A DNA stretch of 64,000 nucleotides, from NCBI GenBank assembly GCA_002269645.1, contig NIVC01003490.1:1-64000 (forward strand). The letters are read 5' to 3'. The DNA comes from Macrostomum lignano. Its lineage: Eukaryota. Position 1 is the first letter of the stretch, and each line of letters starts with the position of its first letter. Below, one piece after another: positions 63,552 to 64,000 of the stretch. The notes below the pieces were generated by a model that was not told the DNA's origin, made no database searches, and saw nothing but the letters and a program-made list of their open reading frames with translations. Both the position numbers and the translations under genes were made by a program.

Positions 63552-64000
63552 CTGTGGGAAGAATAGCGGCAGATTAATGCTGTAGCACAGGATGTGGGCC
63601 GCCGGCCCGGCACTTTAGGCCCGATGAAAACGGCACCAAGGCCAAGAAGAGTCAGTTGCGTCGTTACAGGTAAAAAAGGAAATAAGTGACTCTTAAACGA
63701 CTCTGGGGCGGTAGACTCCTATCTGAGGCGTGCCAGAGTCGCTGTACAATCCACGAGTTGCGTCTAAAGCGCATCTGCGTCAATTTATGAATTAGAATCG
63801 CATTTCGCATTTTTAACAACTCTATTTAGTCTACTTGAGTTAGTAGAAAGTCAAGCGCTAACACAGCGACTCTTGGACGAATTTTTCCGAGACTCTTGCT
63901 ACAATTCTACAACTCGCGTGATGCGCTCGTGACTCAACAGTCACCTATCCGTCGGATTACAGTCGCTTGAGTCGTTAAAAAGTCACAAGAGTCGCCTCAG

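Noticed and set aside
63552-63600. In-frame-looking VLQH just before EALIKSIL, mimicking human QHEAFIRSIL
   Set aside because: The 25-nt spacer starts with TA, not GT or GC; the region reads better as the branch/polypyrimidine tract of the true acceptor.

Overview
Eukaryotic (metazoan) genomic DNA with GC-rich exons, AT-rich spacers and about 34 different tandem-repeat arrays covering roughly a third of the window. The style resembles the flatworm Macrostomum; this is an inference, not a database result. Splice sites and phases were traced by hand. Genes: (1) two convergent glial-cells-missing (GCM) transcription factor paralogs (A on +, <1-2115, 5'-truncated, with several 1-bp deletions; B on -, 19146-13516, one 1-bp deletion); (2) a secreted PAN/Apple + Thr-rich + C-type-lectin protein (-, 3 exons); (3) RSPH10B, a MORN-repeat radial spoke protein (-, 12 exons, 1039 aa, intact); (4) SLC17A9/VNUT (+, 4 exons, 509 aa, intact); (5) an isolated beta-dystroglycan-like TM/cytoplasmic exon (-); (6) RAD54L (-, 4 exons in window, N-terminus not found). 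Mobile DNA: a ~1 kb LTR with a tRNA-Leu primer-binding site, tRNA-derived SINEs (one CORE-type) and MITE/foldback-like pieces. Most long ORFs in the track are translations of repeats and were rejected. Main leads: homogenised GCM DNA-binding domains on diverged C-termini, introns made almost wholly of one private repeat array (one built from its own splice donor), an orphan dystroglycan exon directly downstream of RAD54, and a possibly bipartite tRNA-Leu PBS.
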